From Octopus bimaculoides (lineage: Eukaryota): DNA of 63,527 nt. This document shows positions 49,488 to 62,420 of the stretch, piece after piece. The notes below the pieces were generated by a model. That model made no database searches, was not told the DNA's origin, and saw only the letters and a program-made list of their open reading frames with translations. How positions within the stretch are numbered: the first letter of the stretch is position 1; each line of letters starts with the position of its first letter. The DNA lies in contig NC_069003.1 in the NCBI RefSeq assembly GCF_001194135.2, positions 6,962,428 through 7,025,954 of the forward strand, written 5' to 3'. The position numbers were made by a program, and so were the translations under genes.

Positions 49488-49786
49488 AATAATAATAATA
49501 ATAATAATAATCCTTTCTACTGGAAGCACAAGGCCTCAAATTTGGGGGGAAGGTCTAGTCGATTACATCGAACCCCAGTACTCAACTGGTACTTAATTTA
49601 TCAACCCCGAAAGGATGAAAGGCAAAGTTGACCTTAGGGGAATTTGAACTCAGAACGTAGCGGCAGGCAACATATCACAAAACATTTTGCCCAGTGTGCT
49701 AACAATTCTGCCAGCTCGCCACCTTAGTAATAACAATAATAATAATAATAATTTCTTTATTAACCACCAAAATTTTACAAGAGATT

Positions 49787-49995
49787 GCCAGTACCGCCTG
49801 ACTGGCCTTCGTGCCGGTGGCACGTAAAAGCACCTACTACACTCTCGGAGTGGTTGGCGTTAAGAAGGGCATCCAGCTGTAGAAACTCTGCCAAATCAGA
49901 TTGGAGCCTGGTGTAGCCACCTGGTTTCACCAGTCCTCAGTCAAATCGTCCAACCCATGCTAGCATGGAAAGCGGACGTTAAACGATGATGATGA
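49787..49995 (+). mobile_element. RTE LINE 3' UTR fragment (young)
   Basis: Nearly identical to 25905-26110. Confidence 0.8.
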
Positions 49996-50423
49996 TTGAG
50001 AATGATGCAATACAATATGATGTGATGTGGAGTTACATGAAAGCATGTAAATGGTGAAAGTAATAAAATAATAATAATAATAACGATTGTTCTAACAAAA
50101 TGTCATTTTATTGATACTAACACAGATAAATAGATGTAAAATGGTTTCTAAAAAAAATCTTTTGACTTCACCTGTAATCATTTCCACACTAGAACACCTG
50201 TATTTGAGGTGAACTTTCACATCCCAGGTCCTTGGTTATCAATGTTTGTTGGCATATGGCAGTGTAGGTTTCTTTTCGTCTTTTATTTCTTTTGCCATTG
50301 AATGTTATGTATAAAAATCAATGGAAGCTTTCAGTACAATATCTCATAAAAGTGGGGTGGTAAGAAGGGGCTGACCTTGTGAGTGGATTTTGTAGATGGA
50401 AACTGAAACGCGTCATATTTGCA

Positions 50424-50462
<39 letters not shown>

Positions 50463-50927
50463 GCACACACACACACACACAAACATACATACTTGTGTGT
50501 GTGTATATATATATCTATATACTGGTGTGTATATGTATATACACACCACCACAAGCACAGACCACTTTCTGCAGCAAATTCAAAAGCAACTATATTTCAC
50601 AATTAAAACATTCCCTCGCCTCTAATCACCGCGAAAGGCTGAAAGAGACTCAAAATTAAAACGTAACCTAACTAACCCCGTTATTTTTACATCCTTTTGC
50701 CACACCATTATTCCCCCCCCCCCCGATCTTTCCACCACCCCCAGTGGCTCAGTGTCACACCCTTTGGGAACCACTGACGTAGGTCCATGTACATCCAACT
50801 TCCAATCAGGTATTTTTGTTTTCCAATTTACTTTTAGTGTTATATGCATTTGAATAGTTTCCAGAGTGCAACAATTACTACACAGCCTACTAGTATACAC
50901 TAGTGATACAGGTAAAGGCTATGCAAT

Positions 50928-51198
50928 TGTTGTATAGTGAAACTGTGTACCCCTCCCAGTAAAAAGTGGTAGGAACCAGCCATTATAAATAGACCACTAG
51001 CCAGTCGTCAAGAGAGGGTCGAGAGTCGACAGTTCTAGTTGGTGTCTTGTGGAACTATCAGCGATAGTAAGACAGAAGTAGTTAGTGTATTACTATTCCA
51101 ATATGAAGAGATACAACGGTATGCAATGACTAGTAACTATTGTGGCTACTAGTGTAAAAACAACAACTACACCAGTGGGAGGAACCCACTTTACAACA
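50928..51198 (+). mobile_element. 271-bp solo LTR with 5-bp TSD
   Basis: TGTTGTA...TACAACA terminal inverted heptamer; GCAAT at 50923-50927 and 51199-51203; TATAAATA at 50984. Confidence 0.8.
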
Positions 51199-51638
51199 GC
51201 AATATGTATTGTTATAATGAAGAATTCAACTAAATCTTCTGTTTTATTGTTCTCATAAACCTATGTATATCATTCTAAACCCCTCCTTTATTTTCACTTT
51301 TTAACCCTCACACATCTCTCTCTCTCTTCCTATCTTTCTAGATCTCCATTCACTGACCTCTCTCTATCTACGTATCCCTCTATATTTCAATCACTGATCT
51401 CTATCCATCTACCTGTATCTCACTCGTTAGCCTATACCTGTCTACCTACCTCTGTATATCTCATTCACTGACCTCTCTCTGCCAATCTCTCCCTCTTCAC
51501 TCTCCCCCTTTGTTCTCAGTCTATCAATCTACTTATTTCTCTGTCTCCCACTTTCTGTTGTCACTCTACTTACCTACCTATTTACATGTATCTATATACC
51601 TCTTTTTCTCTCTCTCTCTCTCTCTCTGTCCACTTCAG

Positions 51639-51793
51639 GTGAGCGTAATCAAGCAGTACGTCTGATAACTGTCCCTCGCTTCCAAGCAGAATGTTCCTTT
51701 GTTCTTGTCAACCTTCGAACACTTGATTGTGAGGTGATTAAGCTTCATAACGACATATCACAGACGCCAGCCAGCCCTCAAGTTGATAAATAA
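51639..51793 (+). CDS. POLD2: POLD2 exon 10 (terminal)
   Basis: ERNQAVRLITVPRF....VLVNLRTLDCEVI...* vs human EDQTVLLVTVPDF...CLVNLRSLACQPI; predicted total about 469 aa. Confidence 0.93.
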
Positions 51794-51806
51794 ATACAAT
51801 AACAAT

Positions 51807-51812
51807 AATAAA
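51807..51812 (+). terminator. POLD2 poly(A) signal (a second AATAAA overlaps the stop codon)
   Basis: AATAAA followed by a T/GT-rich downstream tract. Confidence 0.5.
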
Positions 51813-51925
51813 CATTTTCAAAATTTTGTATTTCAACTTTTTGGGGTTTACTTCTTTTGTTTGATTTTGTTTTTTTAAATAAAACTATTTTGTAAAATGA
51901 ATACACACACTCACTCATATGTATA

Positions 51926-51962
<37 letters not shown>

Positions 51963-52319
51963 NNNNNNNNNNNNNNNNNNNNNNNNNNNNNNNNNNNNNN
52001 NNNNNNNNNNNNNNNNNNNNNNNNNNNNNNNNNNNNNNNNNNNNNNNNTATATATAAATATATATATATATATATAAATGTTTCTTTTCCTTGTTTCAGT
52101 CATTTGACTGCTGCCATACTGGAGCACCGCCTTTAGCCGAGCAAATCAACCCCCAGGACTTATTCTTTGTTAGCCTAGTACTTATTCTATCAAAGTCTTT
52201 TTGCCAAACTGCTAGATTACAGAGACGTAAACACACCAACATCGGTTGTCAAGCGATGATGGGGGACAAACATACACACATATATACGACGGGCAGTTTT
52301 TTTCTGGCCTTTCTAATAA

Positions 52320-52640
52320 GATACAAGATGATAGAAGCAGTAGGCACAATCGTAGAAAATAATATTAAAGAAGTCGCCACATAAAGCCTTGTTCATTGCC
52401 ATAGAAGTAGATGAAACAACATATTTCATGTACAACTCAGTGTTCTACAGTATTGAGGTATGTGTTGGACTCTGATATCAAAGAAGTCTTTATAGGATTT
52501 GACATTGTTAAGGACAGAGCTGTTGGAGGTGTAACAGTGTGTATAAATACAACTGTTGTGAGAAACTTGTAGCTTGCCAAGTTGGTATGGGTGCATTTGA
52601 AAGTTTAGAAAAGGACTATGGAAACTTTTTTGGTATCATA
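52320..52640 (+). mobile_element. hAT transposase remnant (first catalytic Asp region)
   Basis: KALFIAIEVDETT / CTTQCSTVLRYVLDSDIKEVFIGFDIVKDRA across a frameshift; matches hAT F.I..DETTD.S...Q.S.VLRYV....I.E.F.GF. Confidence 0.65.
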
Positions 52641-54297
52641 AGACTGACTGGATTTAGCTGGAATTTACAATGCACAAGTGTTTTGAGATAAATCCATTAA
52701 AACTTTGCTTGATTTTTATATTTGAAAATAAACTGACCCAAACGTTCAATACAGGTACAACTTTTTTTTGCCAACTGAGTGGAGTGGGACAAAGTAAAAT
52801 AAAGTGTCTTGCTCAAGTACGCAATGCATCGCCAGGAATTGAACTCATGACCATATGTTTGTGAGCCAAATGCCTTAACCACTAAGCCATGTGCCTTCAT
52901 AAAGTGGTTATATGTCTAGAATATTCAAAATATTTTAACAATTTTTTTTTTATGTAATTCCTATTAATATTTAGGAGTGGCCATGTGTTAAGAAGCTTGC
53001 TTCCGAACCACATGGTTTCCAGGTTCAGACCCCTTGTGTCATGTATGAAGCACCAGTTCTGTTACCATGTATAAAGCACCCATTCCAGTACTGCTTATAA
53101 AGCACCAAGTACACTCTGTAAAGCAATTGGCACTAGGAAGGGTAGGTATCCAGCTGTAGAAACTGCCAAAACAAACAACTAGTAACTGATGCAGCTCTCC
53201 AAGGGGCCAGATCCTATCAAACCCATCCAATTTATACCAGTATGGGAACCAGACATCCAACATAATCATCTCTTATATACCACATATGATGATCCAGCTC
53301 TGGCTGGATTTGAACTCAGAATGCAAAGAGCTAGAACAAATATCAGAAGACAAGATATAAACTGTTGCCACCATCCCGTCAGTTCGGCCATCTACAATCT
53401 CATCATTTGTTGGCATGAAATCAAAAGCTTTCACTGTTCATATTATTTGTTACCCAATGCAAACAAAGGACACATCTGCAGCACAGTCCTTTAGTCTCTG
53501 ATCTTAATTAATCTCAAGTTAGTAAAGAGATTAAACGATGATCTTTTGTATTAAGTAAATTGATTCTTTAAATCTTTATAATTACAGTAATTGGCACAAA
53601 TTCTTTACTGAACACTTTCAAGACAAAAACCAAAACAGTAACAACCACCACCATCACCATGGTTGAGAACCACATTCTGTATGTTTCAATTTATGCAAGT
53701 TAATACATGAAAAGCAAAATAGGAATTTTGAAAGTTTCTTTGAAACTAGTTTTTAAATATCCAATGGGCCCAGAATAAAATAGTAATCAAAGGGGTGCTT
53801 AGATGAAAAAAAATGGTGGAAAATCCCTAATCTGCACTGTTACACCAAAAAAGTAGTAAAGTCCTTCTCCATCCATCTCTCTGCTCTCCCTACTTAAGAA
53901 TGGGTGGAGGAGTCTAACATGGAAGGAGGAACAAAAAAAAGAAAAAGACTAATATTTGATAGTTTGTCAAGATTTATTAATGTTTTATGTCCAAGGAGGG
54001 GAGTGGATTAGCGATTTATTTAATCAACATCACAGATTAACTCCCAGTGATTGGCCACAGCAGCAGTAAGTAGTGGTGGCGATGGTAGTAGTAGCAGCAG
54101 CAGCAGCAGCTATACTAACACCACTGTTAAAGACACTGCACCATTCATTATTTCAGGACACAACATTTCAAAACAATCAGCTTCGATCACTTTTGTGTTT
54201 CCTTGTCACGAAAAAAATTCTCTTTTCAATTCCAGTGTCACTTTGTTAACATTTAAAAACAGAAACACAAACACCAACACACACATATACATATACA

Positions 54298-54449
54298 ATG
54301 GGAGGCCCTGGAGGAAAAAAGCCCCCGAAAGATCCGGATGAGGAAGAAGATGACCCCATGAACAACCCTGAACTTGTGAAGATAATTATTGGGCAATTTA
54401 AATACCAATTAAAAATGGACAGGATGATGGTCTCAGAATCTATCAAGCT
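54298..54449 (+). CDS. Heterotrimeric G-protein gamma subunit, exon 1
   Basis: MGGPGGKKPPKDPDEEEDDPMNNPELVKIIIGQFKYQLKMDRMMVSESIK(L); KYQLxMxR..xS is characteristic of the G-gamma13/G-gamma30A-type GGL domain; donor CT/GTAAGT, phase 2. Confidence 0.8.
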
Positions 54450-55369
54450 GTAAGTAAATGATGGTATTTGTTTGTGTCTGTAGGAAATAGGGGTTAGTTA
54501 TAATCAGTATAAATGTGGTCTGTGACCTTTGGAATGCAGTTGGGGTCTTCTGCAGATGTCAATTTTGGGTATGCAGTGTGAACTTTAACTAACACTCCAT
54601 CGGTTAAGAAAATAAGAGCTCCAGTTGATACGATCAATAGAACAGTCTGCTTGTTAAATTAGCATACAAGTGGCTAAGTACACCACAGACACGTGTACCC
54701 TTAACGTAGTTCTAAGGGAGATTCAGTATGACAAGCGTGGCCCTTTAAAATACAGGCCCTGTTCATTTTTGCCTGCTGAGTGGAGTGGAGCAAAGTGAAT
54801 TAACTGGTACTCCATCAGTTATGACAATGAGCGTTCCAGTTGATCCAATCAACAGAGCAGACATATGCACACACACACACGCACAGTATAGGAATGGCTG
54901 TGTGATAAATAGCTTGCTTACCAACCGCATAGTTCCAAGTTCAGTCCCACTACGTGGCATCTTGGGTAAGTGTCTTGTACTATAGCCTCGGGCCAACCAA
55001 AGCCTTATGAGTGGATTTGGTAGACAGAAACTGAAAGAAGCCCATCGTTTATATGTGTTTGTATGTCAACGTTTGTCACCCTGACATCGCTTGATAACCA
55101 ATGCTGGTGTGTTTACTTAGCAGTTCGGCAAAAGAGACCGATAGAATAAGTACTGGGTCAATTTGACCAACTAAAGGCGGGGCTCCAGCATGGCCACAGT
55201 CAAATGACTGAAAGAATAAAAGAATATATATATTCACATATACATACATACATACATACATACACACACTCACAGAAATATATAGATTTACATATAGATA
55301 CACACAAATATATATATATATATATTTGTGTGTGTATGTATATGTAAATCTATATATATATCACTAGCC

Positions 55370-55527
55370 ACTACACATTTTTTTCTCTGTTTGTTTCTGT
55401 GTTCCTTTCTGTGGAAGAGTGTAGGCTCGAAACATTAAAGACTTTTTCACTTCCCGAGCGTTAAACTAATACATCTGTTTGTTTTCTACACCATCTGTCT
55501 TCGTCTTTTGTTTTTTTTGTGAATTCT

Positions 55528-55530
<3 letters not shown>
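55370..55530 (+). mobile_element. Penelope-pLTR-like repeat fragment with hammerhead-like motif (55405-55440)
   Basis: CTTT-CTGTGGA-A-GAGT(GTAG)GCTC-GAAA-CATT-AAAG; reverse complement of 39381-39500. Confidence 0.5.
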
Positions 55531-55570
<40 letters not shown>

Positions 55571-55850
55571 CACGCACACACATATATTTAGATATACATA
55601 TACATATCTATATGTTTATACACACACATATATATATATGTATGTATATGTACATATATGTATATATATATATATATATATGTGTATATATTTGTGTGTA
55701 TGTGTGTGTATATATGTATATCTATACATATATATGTGTATATATATATATATATTTGTGTGTATGTGTGTGTGTATATATGTATATCTATACATATATG
55801 TATGTGTGTGTGTGCGTATATATATATATATTTGTGTGTGTGTGTATATC

Positions 55851-55888
<38 letters not shown>

Positions 55889-56504
55889 TGGATGTCCTTC
55901 CTAATGCCAACCACTTGACCGAGTGTACTGGTTGCTTATTACATTGTGGCAGGCACAGGTACTCACCACGGTCATCTGTTACATGGTGCCAGCATATGTA
56001 TATGTGTGTGTTTGTGTGTATGCTGAGATCTAATTGTAGAGGGTACCTGAAGAAGGGGCAGACCCAGGAAGATGTGGGATGAAGTGTTGAGAAAGGATTT
56101 TCAGACACTGGGCCTTACAGAGGAAGTGACAAGGAACCGGGAGATGTGGTGATTTGCTGTACTTGATAAGATACCTCAAGCTAAGTAAACTCACTCTCTT
56201 CCACACCTACTGGCTTGTCCTTTACAGGTGCCGGTGCCATTTAAGAAAGCACCTGTGCCGTGCTGCATTAACGGACCTGTGCCTGTGCCACATGAATGCC
56301 CCCATTCCGGTGGCATAGCACCCAGCATACTCTGTTAAGTGGTTGGTGTTAGGAAGGGCACCCAGGCATCTAAACCATTCCACAACAGACAGTTTGAGTC
56401 TGCACAGCTCCCTGCTAGCCAGCTGCATGTCAGACCATCCAACCCATGCCAGCATGGAAAGAGGCTGCTAAACGATGATGATGATGTATATATATATATA
56501 TAGA

Positions 56505-56912
56505 TGCTGGTGTGGTTGTGTGGTAAGAAGCTTGCTTACCAACCACATGGTTCTGTGTTCAGTCACACAGCGTGGAACCTTGGGCAAGTGTCTTCTGCTA
56601 TAGACTTGGGCCAACCAAAGCCCTGTGAGTGGATTTGGTAGATGGAAACTGAAAGAAGCCTGTCATACGTATGTATATATATATGTATATGTTTGTTTGT
56701 GTGTTTTTCCCCCCCATGACCACCACCATCACTTGAAAACCAATGTTGGTGTGTTTACATCCCCGTAACTTAGCGGTTCAGCAAAAAAGAGACCGATAGA
56801 ATAAGTGCTAGGCTTACAAAGAATAAGCCCCAGGGTTGATTTCTTCGACTAAAGGCGGTGCTCCAGCATGGCCGCAGTCAAATGACTGAAACAAGTAAAA
56901 GAATAAAAGAAT
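56505..56912 (+). mobile_element. SINE family A, near full length
   Basis: Same head, central microsatellite and tail as 16870-17246; further copies at 54892-55222, 59738-60150, 60165-60605 (+) and 15560-15860, 23758-23935, 37262-37540, 38620-38985, 42600-42870, 52082-52290, 57640-57800 (-). Confidence 0.85.
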
Positions 56913-57942
56913 ATATATGAAATTATAGTTTATTTCTTTTTAATGAGTCAGACATAATCCTCTGTTTGAAGTTTCTAATTTAAGGAAGTCAATCAGGATT
57001 ATTTATTTATTTATCAACATATCCAAAATGAAAAACCAGTTTTATTTTCCCACAGTTAAAATAACTAAATCACGCAGTAAATATATCAGCTCACAAAATA
57101 TATTTATATACTGTACAAGTTGATGATCAAACCTACATTGTGGATTTTAAATAGTTCAGCTGTTGGTAGGTCAAGTTTTCAAAAATAACTAAGATCACTG
57201 GAATTAATTTGCTGTCTCTATAATGCCTTATCATTTATCTTTTACTAGTTTCGGTCACTGGATTCTGGCCATGCTGGTGCACCGTTTGGAAGGGTTTTAC
57301 TCAAATGAATTGCTTCCAGTAATTCTAACTTTTGTTGTTGTTGTTGTTTTTGTCATTTTGGGAGCAGTTTGTGCCTCTTGTTAAGGGGGTGCACACCAGA
57401 TGGCACTGTCCCCTCACTAATTCAATGGTGCAGCCTCAGATTTACTACACTTTAGCATTATTACACCAGTGATGTTGCAACTCATTTCTACAGCTGAGTG
57501 AACTGGAGCAACGTGAAATAAAATATCTTGCTCAAGAACACAACACATAGCCCAGTCCAGGAATCGAACTCACTACCTCATAATTGTGAACCCAATTCTC
57601 TAACCACCGAGCCATATGCCTTCACACACACACTCACAGCAGGCTTCTTTCAGTTTCCATCTACCAAATTTACTCACAGGGCTTTGGTTGGTCCAGGGCT
57701 ATAGTAGAAGTCCTTTGCTCAAGTTGCCATGCAGTGCAATTGAACCTTGAACCCAGTGGTTACAAAGCAAACTTCCTACCAGATCAGCCACACCTGTTCC
57801 TAGCCATATATGTAGCTTTTATGTTTCTGTGGTTTAAAATGTACAAATGCGTGACTGCAGCCCATAAACCAATGCCTTGATCTATTGTTTCTTGTTGCAA
57901 GGAATATCTTCCCTAATGCTGTCATTTTTTTCATGTTTTCAG

Positions 57943-58060
57943 GCACATGGAGAAAATTGATGAGAAAATCAAGACTGATTATATGATCCATTCTGCACCA
58001 AAATCCGAAAACATTTGGATTGACAGCGGCAACAAAAGTAGTGGATGTCTTGTATTGTAA
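57943..58060 (+). CDS. G-protein gamma subunit, exon 2 (ends in CaaX CLVL*)
   Basis: Acceptor gttttcag/, phase 2; HMEKIDEKIKTDYMIHSAPKSENIWIDSGNKSSGCLVL*; aligns with D.li..p...N.W......CaaL; 89 aa total. Confidence 0.82.
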
Positions 58061-58173
58061 GGCCGCAGAACAGCACAGAATGTTTCCAGCAAAATTACAT
58101 CAATTGGTACTCAACTGGGTTCCATATGGCCTTTGGGAGTTGTTATAAGATTTTGCTGTTAAAATTTATGCAC

Positions 58174-58179
58174 AATAAA
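58174..58179 (+). terminator. Candidate poly(A) signal of the G-gamma gene
   Basis: AATAAA 114 nt after the stop codon. Confidence 0.4.
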
Positions 58180-58948
58180 ATTTGTTATACCTCACCAATA
58201 CACAGAATATTTCAAAAATTTTTTTAGAAAATTCCTAATAATATTTAATTATAAAAACAGGTTAGTTGTCTCTAGTTCTACAAAAGGAAACCAATAATGG
58301 ATCAATAATTAATTTTAATGAGGACTACATGTTTATTGATCATGTGACTGAATTAAAACATGCTGTACAATTTCTTTTTGCACGTGAAGTAGACTATATA
58401 AACTAGTGAGTGAACACATGGAGTTTTTGGCAATATGAAGTTGGCAACGAAGACAGTTGGAGAAAAGATGTGATGTGACCAGTTGACGTGAACCAGGTGA
58501 CAAAAAACCACATTCCGTAAAGACATCCAGCCGAGTATGACCAGTTCTTCTACTCTGAGCAAGTTGGCTTGCTGGACTGGCCTGCAGTTTGCCACCTGCT
58601 GACTGTTGAAGCTGTGTTGGTGTCAGGAGGCTGCATTTTGCAACAACACTGGCTAGGAGGGTTCATTCGAATAAAATAGGAATCAAAATGGTTGAGAACC
58701 ACTAGCTAAGATTGTAAAATTATAATAACCTTAATTATGTATCTGTTTTAGTGTTTAATTAATAAAATATTATAGAGTAATTGCCTGGAAAATACAGTCT
58801 ATGATTCAGGTTCAATTCCCAGTTACTTTTCTTTTTTGTTATTTGTTTCGGTCAACCCCATTAATTATTTTTTGAGCCTAGTGGTTATTCTATTAGTCTC
58901 TTTGCTGAACTGCAAAGTTACAGGGATGTAAACACCAGTTAAACACTA

Positions 58949-59011
<63 letters not shown>

Positions 59012-59239
59012 TTCAGCCATGCTGGCATTACAGCACAAGATTGATTACCATTCGTTTGAGATTAAATGAATAGGATCCATTTCATCTCAATCTCATTCTA
59101 TTTTCTATTAGAAATCTTTAGGGGATACTGTAACCAGAACAAGAAGATTAGTTTTGCACCTAGACATAAATTTCATAAACTACAAAATATAAATATCCAC
59201 AATGACACACCTGTTATAACTCCTTACCTCGATTTGAAT

Positions 59240-59690
59240 CTACGTGAAGGTATTTAGAATGTCCAAACTTATTTCTGCAAGTGTGCTACGCACTGGTGCT
59301 GTCATAGTTTAATCAATAAGCATAGGAGCGAGGTAAATGCAGTAAAAATAAGGGGGGTCAGTGGGGCCCCATTTAAGCGGCCCTTCAGAAATTGAACCTC
59401 CTTATGATACTATCTGGGAGTTCATGGTATGAAATTCATTGTCATTGCTCCGATTTGGTCGCCAAAGCCATGTATTTAGTTTGAAATGCAGTAAAAATAG
59501 GGGGTTCAGTGGGGCCTTGATTAGGCGGCCCTTAAAAAAAATAGACCTCCTTAGGACATTCCCTGGGATTAGGGGAGTTGCTGGTTTGAGTTTCGTTGTC
59601 CTTGCACCAACGGTGTAGGAAGAGTTAACGAACATAAAATCGTAACAGACAGAGAAACATCACTCAAATTTATAATAGGACAAAGATTCT
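59240..59690 (+). mobile_element. Non-autonomous Helitron/Helentron-like element with an internal direct duplication of about 150 bp
   Basis: aaatgcagtaaaaata.ggggg.tcagtggggcc occurs twice (about 59337 and 59485); ends acagacagagaaacatcactcaaatttataatagg..agat. Confidence 0.4.
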
Positions 59691-61722
59691 ATACATACAT
59701 CTCTACTTTATACACATGCACATATTACATATATATAGGCGCAGATGTGGTTGTGTGATAAGAAGCTTGCTTCCCAACCACATGGTTCCAGGTTCAGTCC
59801 CACTGTATGGTACTTTGGGCGAGTGTCTTCCATTTTTGCCCTGGGCCAACTAAAGTTTTGTGAGAGGATTTGGTAGAGAAACTGAAAGAAGCCCGTCATA
59901 TATATATATATATATATATATATATCTATCTTTGTGTGTATGTATATTTGCTCCACCCACATTGCTTCAGAACTAATGTTGGTGTACATATGTCCCTGTA
60001 ACCTAGCAATTTGGCAAAATGATACTGATGGAATAAGTACCAGGCTTACAAAGAACGACACCTGGTGTTGATTTCTTCAACTGTAACCCTTTAAGGCAGT
60101 GCTCCAGCATGGCCAGAGTCAAATGACTGAAACAAGTAAAAGAATAAAAGAAGAATACGATATGTATGAGTGGCTGTGTGGTAAAGTAGCTTGCTTACTA
60201 ACCACATGGTTCTGGGTTCGGTCCCACTGTGTGGAACCTTGGGCAAGTGTCTTCTACTATAGCCTTGGACTGACCAAAGTCTTGTGTGTGGATTTGGTAG
60301 ACGGAAATTGAAAGAAGTCTATCGTATATANNNNNNNNNNTGTGTGTGGATTTGGTAGACGGAAATTGAAAGAAGTCTATCGTATATATATATATATATA
60401 TGGGGGCGGGGGCATCTGTGTTTGTCGCTCCCAACATCGCTTGACAGCTGATGGTGGTGTGTTTACATCTCCATAACTTAGTGGTTCAGCAAAATAGATC
60501 GATAGAATAAGTACTAGGCTTACAAAGAATAAGTCTTGGGGTTGATTTGTTCAACTAAAGGTGGTGCTCCAGCATGGCCGCAGTCAAAGGACTGAAACAA
60601 ATAACAGAATATATATATATATATATAGATGCACTCATATATTTATCTGTGTGTGCACATATATTAATATATATATATATATACACACACACATATACAT
60701 ACACAACTCAATGTTGTTTGGAGAAAACAGCTTTTCTTTTATGAATGCCATATTGAAAACACGACAATTCTAGTTTTGTGTTTTTTTTAATTACCCAAAC
60801 GATGTTGCTTTGGGTTTTTCACATTTTCACATGACTTCCTCGCTAAATAGGACATAAGCAGGAAAGCTTGAAGTTTCAATTAAAATTTGTGTGCATATGT
60901 GTGTGTGTGTGCGCACACACGCGCATGCACTTGCACATACAGGATGTTTACAATTAGAAGGGTGGAAGTGTGGAAACTGTAAAGGTAATTCATGAACACC
61001 CTATATCATCTGCTCGATCATTTGTCGTCATCATTTACCGTTGATTTTCCATGCTGGCATGTGTTAGACGGTTTGACAGGGACTGGTAAACCAGAGAACT
61101 ATACCAGGTTCCAGTCTGATTTGGCTTGGTTTTTACAGCTAGATGGCCTTCCTAACACCAACCACTCCAAGAATGTAGTGGGTGCCTTTAACATGTCACT
61201 GTGCCACGGATACCTTTTATGTGTCACCAACACTGGCCATGACTAAGATTTCACTTTGCTTGACATCTCTTCTCAAGCACAGCAAATGTATTTCTTTATT
61301 GCCCACAGGGGGCTAAACATAGAGGGATCAAACAAGGAATTAAGTCGATTACATCGACCGCAGTGCATAAGGGGGTACTTATTTAATTGACCTCGAAAGG
61401 ATGAAAGGCTAAGTCGACCTCAGCGGAATTTGAACTTAGAATGTTGCAGCAGACGAAATACCACTAAGCATTTCGCCCAGTGTGCTAACGTTTCTGCCAG
61501 CTCACTGCCTTACACAGCAAATTGCTTACCCCACTCTCACAAAATTGCTGGTCTTCTGCCTATTGTGGAAAGAGTTATTATTAACACGGTGGCACATAAA
61601 AGCACTCGTTACACTCTCGGAGTGGTTGGCATCAAAATAAGACTGGAGTCTGGAGATTGAACTATGTAAAATGTTAGAGAAAGAAACCTAGCTGTTTTCT
61701 TGTAATATATATCAAAACATAT

Positions 61723-61933
61723 AAGGTGGCCCAAAGGTAGATTTACAGTTATCACGTAAGCACTTTAGATTTCTTTTAAAACATTTTATTACATCTAAAT
61801 TTTTATCTTACAAATAACTAAATTAACGTAGAATAATAGTTTCATATTTGTTTATAATAAAGATCTGAACTGTTAATATATGAATGCGAAAGAGATAGTT
61901 GAATAACTGTAAACCTACTTTTGGGCCAACCTG
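61723..61933. mobile_element. Tc1/mariner MITE, about 210 bp
   Basis: TIR AGGTGGCCCAAAGGTAGATTTACAGTT / AACTGTAAACCTACTTTTGGGCCAACCTG, followed by TA. Confidence 0.7.
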
Positions 61934-62420
61934 TATTTATTGCAAGAAACAGCCGGGTTTCTTTCTCTGAATATTTTATTAACATGGTTTAACATGTTTT
62001 TGGTCACTGAAATATGTTCTCTCAGAGTATTTTTTCTCACCTATGCAAGTGAACATATGGGAAACAAAGCTTCTATAAAACTAGGTTTTAACTGCCATGC
62101 TGTATTCCCGCCATAGCAGGAATGCATTAGACATCATCTCTGTTGGATTCCTAATAAAACGGTAATGAAGAACACAGAAAAAGATGCAGTTGATTCAGTC
62201 CATTAGCTTGCCTGCAATTGTTAATCTTGAGCAAACTTTTAGTTTGTTTGCTCAGGAACCCAAGTGGAGAGTCAAGATAGACACAGGGGCCCCAGGTCTG
62301 AGAGGGTTAAATATCAAATGGTTATGTTGTGGGAAGTACCAGAATAAAATTGTCATCAAAGGCGTCCACAGGTAAAAAATAATTGAGAACCACTGATGTA
62401 GACTGGCATTATGTACATGT

